This document shows, piece after piece, positions 26,100 to 37,082 of a stretch of DNA of 64,000 nt. The notes under the pieces are model-generated. The model was not told where the DNA came from. It made no database searches and saw only the letters and a list, made by a program, of their open reading frames with translations. A program made the translations under genes and the position numbers. Position 1 is the first letter of the stretch, and each line of letters opens with the position of its first letter. Source of the stretch: Fimbriosthenelais zetlandica (taxonomy: Eukaryota); assembly GCA_977030845.1 (NCBI GenBank), contig OZ365114.1:18414001-18478000 (forward strand). The letters are read 5' to 3'.

Positions 26100-26450
26100 A
26101 GCTGTTGATAAGTAAATAAATAGGCTGCCTATTACTTTTGCATTTGTATGTAAGCCTTACTACATATGTGAATATGGCAGGCAACTCCATGACTTCTGTA
26201 TTTAAGCCCTTTTCCAAGAGACCAGAATATGTCAAGAGACACAATACATCATCGTCCAACATATTCACCCATTCATCTGAGGCAAGGCACGGGTACTTTG
26301 TGAATACTTTCATGAGCAAACACGAGCCTCCATTCACATCAGAAATTGTCTGTATGCGCACAGAATGACAGACAATGGGCAGAAGACGACAACTTCATTT
26401 GACAGACAACCTGTTACTCGGCTCATGATGTCCATGGAAATGCCTTCCAC
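26100..26450 (+). mobile_element. Eroded Gypsy integrase remnant
   Basis: ARHGYFVNTFMSKHEPPFTSE resembles ARHGxPxxxxSDNGPxFTS. NGQKTTTSFDRQP then resembles GxKHxTTSxYxPQ. Confidence 0.45.
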
Positions 26451-27489
26451 TTGATTCTCTTCGGTAGGGTGGATGAGGTGATAGTTTACCATGTTTTTCT
26501 AAGTACAAGCCTTGCCTCGAATATAAGCTTCATACATTCATAAGCCAAAGAGGAAGACACTGTGTCAGATTTATAAGCATAGAGGCAATGCTCAAAGGCT
26601 AGAAAAGGCTTTTGATAGTGTCATATGAATAACTTCATAATTCATGCACAATGACTTGGGTAAATACGGTACAGAGGACAATGGAGGCAACCTGCTTCCT
26701 GTTTCGCCCAACACCGCCACATCTCCCACGCCTCTTGAGGTATTGCCTTGACAGCCGCATTGTTAAAGGCAAGCTGCAAGTGAGGGTGAGAAATATGAAG
26801 CTCGGTGCAAACTGACAGTCACTCAATGACTTAACATTAGGTGGAAATAAAGGGATGTAAGGTGTGTAAGACGAGAGGAAAGTGGTGGATAAAACAGTAG
26901 GCCAACCACAGTCATAAATCAACAGTGACAGAGAGAGCACAAGAGCAGCATTCTTAGCTGATGACAGCAAAGATCTGATCCGAGCATTTGGTGACAAAGC
27001 ATCTACAATACCTGGAGTCATAATCAAGATATGAAATGACATACATGGGCTCATATATTTAAGATGGAAGTCTGCCTACAAGATCTCAAGTAGACGAAAA
27101 TGACACTCGAAACAGGTTTAACATACCAACCTAGGAAATGTGACAGGGAACGATAGTAAATCCAAGAAATGTACTAGATAATTTCATCAGCCTATATGAG
27201 AACTAATGACATCCGGATTGAAGAGATGATGAGATTTTCCACCTATACATAGATCTAGAATGACCGTGATACCACGAAGTGCCATCTGACCCTCATCCAT
27301 GACATAGAATGGCGAGCCATAAGCTATGACGTCCCTGTCAGGAAGGCAATGACATTGCAATCAAGACAAGAGCCTTTTTCTCGCCACGTTGAAGCGACAG
27401 CAGGAAATTAAACAAGTCAGTGAATAGGGCTTTCTGAAGTACTTGTAACCTGATACTTCATAATCTCAGGCTTTATTGGCACAGCCTCA

Positions 27490-27745
27490 GCTCAGAATGA
27501 CTGCAGATGCAAATCTACAGGATTATCGCATAATGCGGCCACATCGATGCCGGAAATGAAAACTTTTCTTTTTCCCTCTTTCGCTCCACTTTTTGACATT
27601 TGCATTGCCAACGCGCTCAAAGAGAAAAGGAGTGAAAGAAAACCTGGCATTGCCATTTTTCTCAAACACATTCCTTCCCAAAGACTCATTGGAAGATTGA
27701 TGCCAGTGCTCGCTTTTCATTGTGGAGCACACACATGAGGATATT
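27490..27745 (-). mobile_element. Eroded MULE-like transposase remnant
   Basis: Stop-interrupted frame HNEKRALASIFQ*VFG..CQVFFHSFSL*ARW..FSFPASMWPHY resembles DFExAL..A...VFP..GCxFH..Q..WR and FPPxxW. Confidence 0.35.
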
Positions 27746-28249
27746 GTCTTATGAATGATTGATCCAATGGCGAAATGAAAGTGGAAGAACGACGTAAATA
27801 TTCATCGACACAGTTGAAATTTAACCTTCCTGCATTAAGGAATTAGCTATCCAAGCCTGGCTATATATAGTATATGAGAAATATTAGAGTCTCCTCATCT
27901 ATAGTTCTATACATAACATTTCTATTTTTTAATTGACGCATAACATCATTGAAGATTTTAAAGCCTTACATATTATATACACCCATGTTTTTTCTCATTA
28001 TCGGGTTTCTATTCTCGAGCAAAATCCACTGAGGTTTTATTTTTATGTGTTTTTTATGTCATGCAGTATCCCATCCTTAAGTCACATAAAATACATCCAG
28101 AACATGATATACACAGTAGACAGCCTATTAACGAGTATAGCCTCCATGCTGATTATAGATTCAATCTGAACAATCCATTACCAGGAAGGGTGACAAAATG
28201 AAATGACAAAAACTGGAGTGCTAAAGTCTACATGACAAGCAGGTAATTG

Positions 28250-29300
28250 TCCACATCATTAGCGCCTGTCTGACGCTTCTAATAGAAGAATCAGCATATT
28301 GCCGACGCTAGTGTGAATGGCAGCCACGAGTGGCTCAAAAACAGTTGATGACCCACAATAAAGATACGGGTGGTTACAGCAGCAAATTGCATTTGACAGT
28401 CCAGCCAGTTTTCTCTCGATCTCATAATTACTCTTCCAAAATCTAGGTGTTTTGTAAGTGAAAACGTTCAGTGGTTGCTCCCATTGCATATCAAAGATGA
28501 ATCAGAGATGTTTTTCGAATAGTGGTGAGAGGGCTTTGGGAAGTTTTACTTCTGTTAGGACTGTAGTCACCAAGTCGAGTCGGGATATCTGTAATCAATG
28601 CCTCCATTTCTCCAAAAGGCTCACCATGACAAAAGGTCAGTAGAGTAGGGGGTTTTGTCCCATATAATATGGCAAACCCAACAGTGTTCCCTTTGGGTAT
28701 GAGCAGAAAAACACCATGAGAATAAAGAGGCCTTTGACACTGGAGATAATAGGCTTTAGTATACTCTCATATGACCAACGTGGGAAGGCCTGTTTTGTAG
28801 CACATAGACCTATATAGTGAAGAATCTCAGTAACCACAAACAATTCAATAGGCTGGATTCGTCCTCATCCATAGTTGTTCATGGTAGTGACGATATTGTG
28901 TTGTAGAATCACCCTATGGATACCAGTATGACAGAGGATTTTACTTAAGGGAGAAGGGCAGGAAGTGGATATGAAGAGGGCCAAGTCACTTGCGACCTGT
29001 CGTTATAGGGTCATAATTCCACTCTGAGGCTCACTCAATGGACCCAATAAAACCTTCTCTCAGGCTCTGCTATATGGGCCATTTGAGGATGGTCCCCAAA
29101 ATCAGAGTCACAAGGGCCCTTTAGAACAGAGCTGAGGCATGTTAACATTGATATAGCCCCAGCCAAACACATCGAAATTTGTTGAATGCATATCCTTAAC
29201 AGAAACGTTTTCCCAGTTTTGAATTGCATCTTTGAGAAGAGAAAAGATTGATAGAGGCCAAGAGTATAGCAATTTGTTGAGAACAGAAAAAGTGTGTTCT
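28250..29300 (-). mobile_element. Eroded RTE-like LINE reverse transcriptase remnant
   Basis: Colinear traces: SSVLKGPCDSDF (KxKGD..CxNYR), KQAFPRWSYESIL (KAFDxV), GLPYYMGQNPLLY (GxPQG..LSPLLF), LNVFTYK..EIERKLAGLSNA (VxxFxYLG..EIxxRIxxAxxA). Confidence 0.45.
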
Positions 29301-30799
29301 ATAACCACTCATGTATCTTAACCTTATGCTAGCACTCGGGAAAAAGTGATCCGCATATAGAGCCCATTACCCTGAGAGCGGGCGCTAAATCTGAACCATG
29401 TTCCATTAGACTTCAAAATCTAGAGGTAAATGCATCACAATCCCTGGTCCCAGCAGTATAAGAAAATGGTGATTTAAGGCCACACAACCAGTTAATCTAA
29501 TGGGAAGCTAGCGTGCCAGTGAGAGCAGCTGGTATTGTGCGCGAGCTCTATCTAAACAACAGTCAAGTTGCAAAGCTTCAAAAAACACCCACCTCAACTG
29601 ATGTAAAATCAACACGAGGGTGATAAAGAAGTATACTGTGGGGGTCGTTTGTTGTTGGATAATCATCCCCAGTCAAGAGCCCTGTGTCATTACGGGTAGC
29701 TATAAGTAAGCTGGGTTGGCCAGGCTGGGGGACTGACCAGCCGGTTGGAACTATCAGTGTTAGGACAGGGCCTCGGTGATAGGGCCCTCTGGGTGGTCAA
29801 CGCCAAGGAGGAATATGAGGGCAATAGGATGTTTTTCTAACCCAGAAGTCAGTGTTCCAAAGCTTGTATGATGAGAGAAGGTCATAAGTATTAATACTGA
29901 AACCATATTTACATGGATATGACATCCCAATGTCAAAAGCAAAATGTCATTTGAGCAGATAAACAATTACATATATATACTGCAGTTGACATTCAATTCC
30001 CGACTAGAATAACAATAACATAAATGGCCAATTACCACAGATTTATGGAAGAATGGTTTAGAATGGACACCCTAATCCCGTACTGAAGTCAAAGATCAGA
30101 CAAAATGCCACTATTGCAGCAATTGAGAGTCACTGGTTGGGGCACTATTTCCTGATTTCTTGCCGGAAATCGGAAGTCCTCTCCCCCATTACTGCTAGCA
30201 CGAGGGCATTTATACCGTGCCATTCTAACCTCCATACTTGTCAGCGTTGTAGTACATGGCCATAACCAGCATAACCACGTGCACCATGAAAACACAACCA
30301 GATGCCTATAGGCAGTTCTCTACTGAAGTAGGCCAAATCAATGCTACTGGAGAAATGATTCAGATTATGAGCAACAAGGACGAAAAACAGCACCACATCA
30401 AAGGCTTCCTCATAAACAATTCATCAAAAGAGGAAGAAATGGATGAATGGACCCTGGCAGTAACCGGTTCTCAACGACATGACGCTTTTGTAGCAGCTCA
30501 TGCTCGGGGCCATCCGTGACCCTCGGACACATCCTTTCATGGACTTTCACCATGTATTTAACTGAAATAAAACACTTCCTTCCTTTACTTACTCCCCTGG
30601 ACAGTGACCTTTTCATTTCCAAAGATAAAAACTTGATGACATGGCTTCACAGACTTTTAATTATGATTAAGAACTCTGAAGGTTGAACTTTAACTGCTGG
30701 ATTTGATTTCAAGAATTCAAAGGTCTTTTGTGCAAATTTGCATGCTGATATTATATTATAGGCCCAACAATGAGATCAGGATTACCAACCCAGATCATT

Positions 30800-31010
30800 G
30801 CAGACAATGGGGATACACACATCAAAGAATTCTTGAGGGAGATATCCTCAGGACTATATACCTCACAGCTCTTTTTGCAGCAGCTTCTCAGAAATGCGAA
30901 AGAGTTTTCTCTCGTTTATTCTTAGGACTAAAGTCTTTACATACAGATGGCCTCACATCTGCTTTAAAGGCGATGGGCTTTTATTCATCCAGAGCACATA
31001 TCTCATGAAG
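30800..31010 (+). mobile_element. Possible hAT transposase C-terminal dimerisation remnant
   Basis: AAASQKCERVFSRLFLGLKSL..LTSALKAM resembles PxSSAxCERxFSxxxxxKxxLR. An alternative reading as a minus-strand DIRS recombinase tail cannot be excluded. Confidence 0.3.
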
Positions 31011-31039
31011 AAATTTGTATCACAGTCTATCCCACAACC

Positions 31040-31260
31040 TGAGGTTCACGCTGCAGATTTTCCATTGGTTGGCAATGTCTTTTTTTCATTTGGCAAATGA
31101 GTATGGTGATCTACAGTGCCACCTACATGGGACTGCAATGTATGGTAGAGCCGGAACTGAATGGCCTTTATCGATCGCACAAAGCTAACGATTTCTCCCA
31201 CTCGTGAACAGGGCAAAAAAACTTGGCTAACAATCGCTGGTTTCTTTATCTCGGACAATC
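31040..31260 (-). mobile_element. Possible DIRS tyrosine-recombinase remnant
   Basis: KPAIVSQVFLPCSRVGEIVSF..IQF..LQSHVGG resembles KTxFLxALASxxRVSExxAL..F..LxxxPGF. Confidence 0.33.
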
Positions 31261-31659
31261 ATTCCTCCCTCCACCATTACAACCAGCCCGGCTGATTATT
31301 TTTCCTTTTTACACGCTCTTGAAAAAGCAGTGAATGCCCTGCTGAGCCATGCCATGTAAGCGGTCAATACATTGAAAACGCATAAATTTATTTTTTGTGC
31401 ACTTACATTTATTGTGTCATTTCTGCCATTTGAAACTCCGGCTTAATTTGTGCACATTTTACCCCAAATTAATATACTTCCTGGACCAACTATATGCCTA
31501 AGTAAGTTTTATTAAATTATATTGGCGCAAAAATAACGTTTGGCGAATAGAGGAAGGTTGGGTGAATTTGTGGGTTGGGTTTGCTGGGGCTATTATAGTA
31601 GAGAGGTGATAGGAGGCCAGACTCCTATTGGGAGGCCACACACAACAGGCTGCAGGGCT

Positions 31660-32520
31660 CGGTATTAATTAAACCAGCTGCACGTTTCATCAAGAAAATC
31701 CATTATCCAGACTTGTTTATGACTTGTACTGCATAGCAAAACGATGTTTTTGACGTTGCCTTTATCATATCCACAAGAATTTATGTTAATGGAAAATATG
31801 TGCTTCTTACTCACCACAGCAACATTCTGAGGTTCGTATCTACACAATCCAGGTTGTTTGGAGGATGCTGGACAAATTATTGTGATTCAGCTTGAAACAT
31901 TTCATGAGAGACTGTATGAGTATCCGGGTAGAGCAGGCCTGGATAGCGAGGGCCAGATCTGCTCTGGGATGTGGTATATAGATGCAATCGATAGGTTATA
32001 AACCAGCAAATCAATAGGAATGACTCTCCAAATTCTTATATGCATGTATTCCAATAGGTATACAGACCCAGCCAGACCAGACGAACACTTTGTAGCCTAT
32101 GCATCTCAATGGTTGATCAGTCGATAAAATTTGCTCTCCGGGTATTGTAAAGTTAACACTCTTCCGACAGCTAACTGGGAATTTGCCACCTATAGGAGGA
32201 TAACTAACGAAGCCAATAATAACCAAGTGATTTCCAGTTAGAAATGAATGATAACATAGGTTATAGCGTGACAAGGAAACACACTGTCGGCTCTCTCTTG
32301 ATTCACCATATACAGTGGTAGAAATGGCTGACCCTTGATAACCCAGTTAACAGCAGTTGGGATATTGCTACTTCCGTAATAATTTATCTCGCCCAAAATC
32401 CGAGAAAGAAAGGAACATTTAGTGGTGTATCGGTCATTCGGCTGGCTTGATGTATACAGACCCTAAAAATATCTTCCGAGGTTTACGAGGTGTGGTTTGC
32501 CTCAACTCCGACTCTGGCTT
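31660..32520 (-). mobile_element. Two eroded LINE APE-endonuclease fragments
   Basis: KHIFSININS..K..DETCSW (SxNxxS..ETW) at 31665-31847, and RKIFLGSVYIKP (IxGxxYRPP) near 32470. Confidence 0.38.
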
Positions 32521-32619
32521 TTACACTCCTCTCATAACTCATGGAACAATAACATAATGAAAACAGAGCCTGTACTCCCGCAACCATCAGGAACCAATCT
32601 CCACCCTAACAAAAAAATT

Positions 32620-33050
32620 TATGAGTAAAAGATCAAAAGCAGAGAAGTGGACTATAGAGCAGAGTGTGCGTGCTCAGGCTTTATCACACATAAGAGAGAC
32701 TTTGGCATGTTGGCTACAACATGCATTATTGAAACAAACCAGTCACACACACAGCCCAGAAAGGCAATCAATTTCCCCAACTCTTGCTGGTTATACAACT
32801 CAACCTCCAGCAAAATGTATAAAATGCTCCCATTTTCATGGAAACGTCCATCAAGCATGCATGCTGGTGGTGGTGATATTTTTCCACTTACCGTCATGTT
32901 AATTTTATGACATTTATTACTGGATGTATATACATGGTGTTTTGTATCTAATGACAACGTTGGAATTGTCATCTCTACATACGGGTGTAATGCGCATGAC
33001 AGGAAGCTAGTCACGCAGGCTGGCGCTTGGTATCAAGGCCTGATATTCCC
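32620..33050 (-). mobile_element. Eroded Gypsy RT remnant, apparently interrupted by the TIR element at 33051
   Basis: APACVTSFLSCAL (APxxF..) and KLIAFLGCVCDWFVSIMH..MPKSLL (xxxFLGxxxYY..PL). Confidence 0.4.
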
Positions 33051-33248
33051 CCTGTAGTATAACAAGAGCGAGAGGTGGCTGCGATTTTTCGCAGAAGATA
33101 TGATCGCAGGAAAAATGCTGCGAAAAGTTCAGCGAGCGCTAGCTGGCCTGGCAGCTAACGAAAACGCTTCCTGCGAAAAATGCTGCGATTGAACTCCAGC
33201 GAGGAGATCTGCGAGGTGAACATCAGCGAGTGAACATCAGATATGATA

Positions 33249-33400
33249 TCTCAGATATGGTTATCTCAGATATGGTTATCTCAGATATGGTTATCTCAGA
33301 TATGGTTATCTCAGATATGGTTATCTCAGATATGGTTATCTCAGATATGGTTATCTCAGATATGGTTATCTCAGATATGATATCTGAGATATGGTAACAT
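33249..33400 (+). repeat. 15-bp tandem array (TCTCAGATATGGTTA), 8 perfect copies plus degenerate flanks; left subterminal array
   Basis: Read directly from the sequence. Confidence 0.97.
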
Positions 33401-33930
33401 CAGCGAGCGGATGCTTCGAAATCGCTGTTGCTATGGAAAATTTCGCTGTTGCTATGAACAAATTCGCTGCTGCTATGGAAACAGCGAGTGTGCCTTTGCT
33501 TCCCGCCTTTTCACAAGGTTTTCTCACAGAGATTTTCGCAGCGTCCCCTCGCTGAAGATATGATATCAGAAGATATGTTAACATCAGCTAGAGGAACATC
33601 AGATATGTTAACTCTCGATATGGCTGAGGCGGCCTCCTCTCGCTGTTTCCATAGCTGCAGCGAATTTTCGCTGTAGCCATGGAAACAGCGAGCGCACTGG
33701 GGCCAGTAACCTGTCCCTTGGTTCCCGCCCTATAGGCCTATAAAAACGGTATAGGACATTTCCCTTTTGGTTTAACAATTAGCCTAAGTTATCTGCTTCA
33801 TGTCTAGGCCTAGGCCTAATAGGCTATAGGCCTAATGATATTAGGCCTATTAGCCTAGCCTAACCAGATAGCCTAGTTATGACCGTCCCATCGGTGTGGT
33901 AGTCATGAGAAGAGGGGAGGGTTCTAAGCC

Positions 33931-34376
33931 TATAGCCCGGCCTAATCTTCTACGCCTAGACTATCTTTCAGGGATACAAGCTGAGGACAGTGGTGTGGCC
34001 TAAGCTACAATTTCAAATAGGCCTAGGCCTAGGGCCTACCCTAATGCATAGGCCTAGATGTAGGCCTAGGCCCTAACTGTTAGTCTAAGGTTATAGGCCT
34101 ACAATGGCCAGATGACCAGTACAAAATGCCATCTCTAAAATCAGTTAGAGGCCTATAACTATAACTAGGCCTAATAAACTATAGCCCGGCCTAATAGGCC
34201 TCTTCTACGCCTAGACTATCTTCCAGAGATAGGCCTACAAGCTGAGGACAGGGGTGTGGCCTAAGCTACAATTTCAAATAGGCCTAGGCCTAGGACCTAC
34301 CCTAATGCATAGGCCTAGGCCTACATAGGCCTAGGCTCTAACTGTTAGTCTCAGGTTATAGGCCTACAATGGCCAG
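33931..34376 (+). repeat. Internal direct duplication (about 180-195 bp, two copies) saturated with TAGGCCTA motifs
   Basis: tatagcccggcctaat..caatggccaga occurs at about 33931-34112 and 34180-34376. Confidence 0.93.
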
Positions 34377-34385
34377 AATAACATG

Positions 34386-35507
34386 GGGCTCGTTTCACAA
34401 TTAAGGACAGTGTCGTTCACTAGAGTTAAGGACACTTTGCATTACATAATTAAGGACAGCCATCGCTAAGATAACCATTAAGGACAGAGGGTTAAGGACA
34501 ATATGTCCTAATGTCACTACAAACGTTGGATTTTAAGGACAGCCCCTAAGGTCGTCCTTAAAATATCCAGTGTTATTTTGGTAGTCTTTAAGCATTTTAA
34601 TTTGTATAAATTAGGATAAAATGTGTCTACAAGTGGAATTTGGGTCAATATCATTTACCCTATTGCGTTATCAGACAAATCCTTTACATGTTTATGGTAT
34701 AAAATTAAGCTGAAACTTAGCACCTTTTCACCACATTTTCATCGAGTCTGCACTGTCCTTAAGCCTGTCGTTAAGTTAAGGACAGGCACCTGTCCGGCTG
34801 TCGGGGCGGGAAGTTATATCAAACCTTAGATCATCATGGAGTGTATGGTTAGACTGAGGAGAGTGTATAGACAGAGGGTGGATCCTGTTGTAATTTTTAA
34901 TCGGGGAGGAATTATGTTGGGAGGTTTCGGAGAGTCCTTAGATGGCCTATAAGTTATAATATCGGAGAGATTTTGGCGTACGCCACAGGCACAGTCACTG
35001 TCACTGTCACTGAGTCAGTGGAGAGGCTTTCCCAAAATTACGATTTTAGAGGCAAAATTTATAAGAAATATTCAACATACCTAGGCTATTTTCACCCCAG
35101 TCGATGGATCATTCCATGTTTCATACTTAAGGAATAAACTATAACAGAAATGCGACCACAAATAATGCAGGAGTTGTCTGCTCCGACTTACGACGTGAAC
35201 TAAGTCTGACGTCAACCAGTCACGTCATGTAGCCAAGGCTCCTTGAAGTAGGCAAGGCTCCTTGACGTATCTAAGCGTATCCACGTTACATCCGCCCACG
35301 GGGCGCCTTATTGTCATGGATAGGGGGTCTCTAGGAAGGATCGCTAACATTACTAGTGAACGACAGTGCTATTAACGATCCTACATTATGAAACGAGTTA
35401 ATGCAATTATCACTAAAATTGGGAAAATCGTTCATTAACTGAAATAAGGATGTGTCCTTAATTAAGGACAATAACAAGGATTTCGTCCTTAATTGTGAAA
35501 CGAGCCC
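34386..35507 (+). mobile_element. PIF/Harbinger deletion derivative nested in the larger TIR element, 3-bp TSD ATG
   Basis: TIRs GGGCTCGTTTCACAATTAAGGAC / GTCCTTAATTGTGAAACGAGCCC, flanked by ATG on both sides. Many TTAAGGAC subterminal motifs. A remnant RLRRVYRQRVDP..F..GRFR near 34850-34940 resembles the Harbinger transposase N-terminus. Confidence 0.87.
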
Positions 35508-35686
35508 ATGATTAACTAAAATCAGTTAGAGAGCAGCGAGCGGACGCTTCATAATCGCTGTTGCTATGGAAAATGTCGCTGTTGCTATGAAAAATTTCGC
35601 TGCTGCTATGGAAACAGCGAATGTGCCTTTGGTTCCCGCCTTTTCACAAGGTTTCACACAGAGATTTTCGCAGCGTCCCCTCGCTG

Positions 35687-35763
35687 ATGTTACCATATCT
35701 CAGATAACCATATCTCAGATAACCATATCTCAGATAACCATATCTCAGATAACCATATCTCAG
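35687..35763 (-). repeat. 15-bp tandem array (ACCATATCTCAGATA), about 5 copies; right subterminal array, inverted relative to the left one
   Basis: Read directly from the sequence. The innermost unit is the exact reverse complement of 33381-33400. Confidence 0.96.
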
Positions 35764-37006
35764 CGAGAGGAGGCTGCGAATTTTCGCAGCCCACTGCTCG
35801 CAGCGTCTGATCGCTGAGGGGCGTTTCGTTAACTCCAGCGATGCGAGGGATGTTATGCAAGCGGGAGCCATCTAGCGCTCGCTGAACTTATCGCAGGACT
35901 TGGGCTGCGATCATATCTTCTGCGAAAATTCGCAGCCTCCTCTCGCTCTTGTTATACTACAGGCCCATTGTGTGATAAGCTGCAGCATTTTCCACAGTCA
36001 AACCCCTGGACGGGATATTTCTGGCTCGCTCAAATAATGAGACTGCGCCACAAGTCACTCTGCTTCAAAGTGGTGGAGGAAAGGTTTTTTAAACGAGTCC
36101 ATTTCCTCCAGTGGCATGTCTTCACGTCCCGGTTAAAGTTCATTTAAGAAAGAAAAAGCTGGAGGCCACGGGAAAAATGAACCAATTACAAGTGTGAAAC
36201 TCGCGAGACATGCTTTAAAAGTTCTCCCAACTTCCAGCTCTCTTCAGTTCTGACATAACGGATCCGCGCTCCGCTTCCCCCCTCTTATTCTCGGTGGAAG
36301 TCAATGACAAGTCAATGGCGAACACTTGTGTATAAGCATGGGCCAATGTTTATACCAGCAGTGGGTAGGCCATTAACGTGCTGATCTTGTTGAGTTTATT
36401 TAAGAGCAACTCTCGCAGCAATATCCTGACTCTGAGCTAATTGATGTGAAGGGAGCAACTGGCCAGAAGAGCAGAAGAGGGAGGGAGATGGTTTGTGCTT
36501 GGGAGGCTGTAAACATGCCCCCCACACTGCAATCATTTAACTCAACCTTACATAGCCAGCCTTGGTGGTGGTTAGACACTCGAAATATATTCACCGATTG
36601 CTTCCATGAAAATGCGATGGATAAATGTAGTGCTTTCTTTTAGTTACCAAGAGAATTTTGGTGGCGAGCAAACGGTCCAGTCAATAAAGGAGGTACTTTA
36701 CTCTGCCAAAATTTCCTTTTCCTCATTCGTAAACTTATGGAAATTCAGTAGGGTATATACTAAAGTGAGTACACAACAAAACACATAAAACCCAGTCCAC
36801 TCAGGGGCCTAGCACTGAGCTTGGCAAATATCAATAGGCCACTCAGTCCGCCTCAAACAATGCTCCCGAGTACAAGATTACAGACAGATAGGTGTACTTA
36901 GATCAAATGTTTCTTCCAGGGGAGGTTGGATGGATGTATATATGTATGGTGAATTGTATACGGATGAAGATAAATATTTGTCTGTATAGAGTCTATAGTA
37001 GACTAA

Positions 37007-37082
37007 AGAATTGACAGAAGTGAATTGAACCAAGTTGATATCCACAGAATTGACAGAAGTCAATTGAATCAAATCGATATCC
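37007..37082 (+). repeat. 39-bp tandem duplication (2 copies)
   Basis: agaattgacagaagtgaattgaaccaagttgatatccac is followed by agaattgacagaagtcaattgaatcaaatcgatatcc. Confidence 0.85.

Larger units (their letters stand above)
33051..35963. mobile_element. Non-autonomous TIR DNA transposon (2913 bp including the nested insertion), 3-bp TSD CCC
   Basis: The left end CCTGTAGTATAACAAGAGCGAGAGG (33051) is the exact reverse complement of CCTCTCGCTCTTGTTATACTACAGG (ends 35963). CCC flanks both sides. Similarity continues inward imperfectly. No transposase ORF. Confidence 0.92.

Noticed and set aside
33249-33400. Telomeric or CRISPR repeat; repeat-encoded ITISQ/GYLRY peptides
   Set aside because: This is a 15-bp subterminal minisatellite inside a TIR element; the peptide periodicity follows trivially from a unit length divisible by 3.
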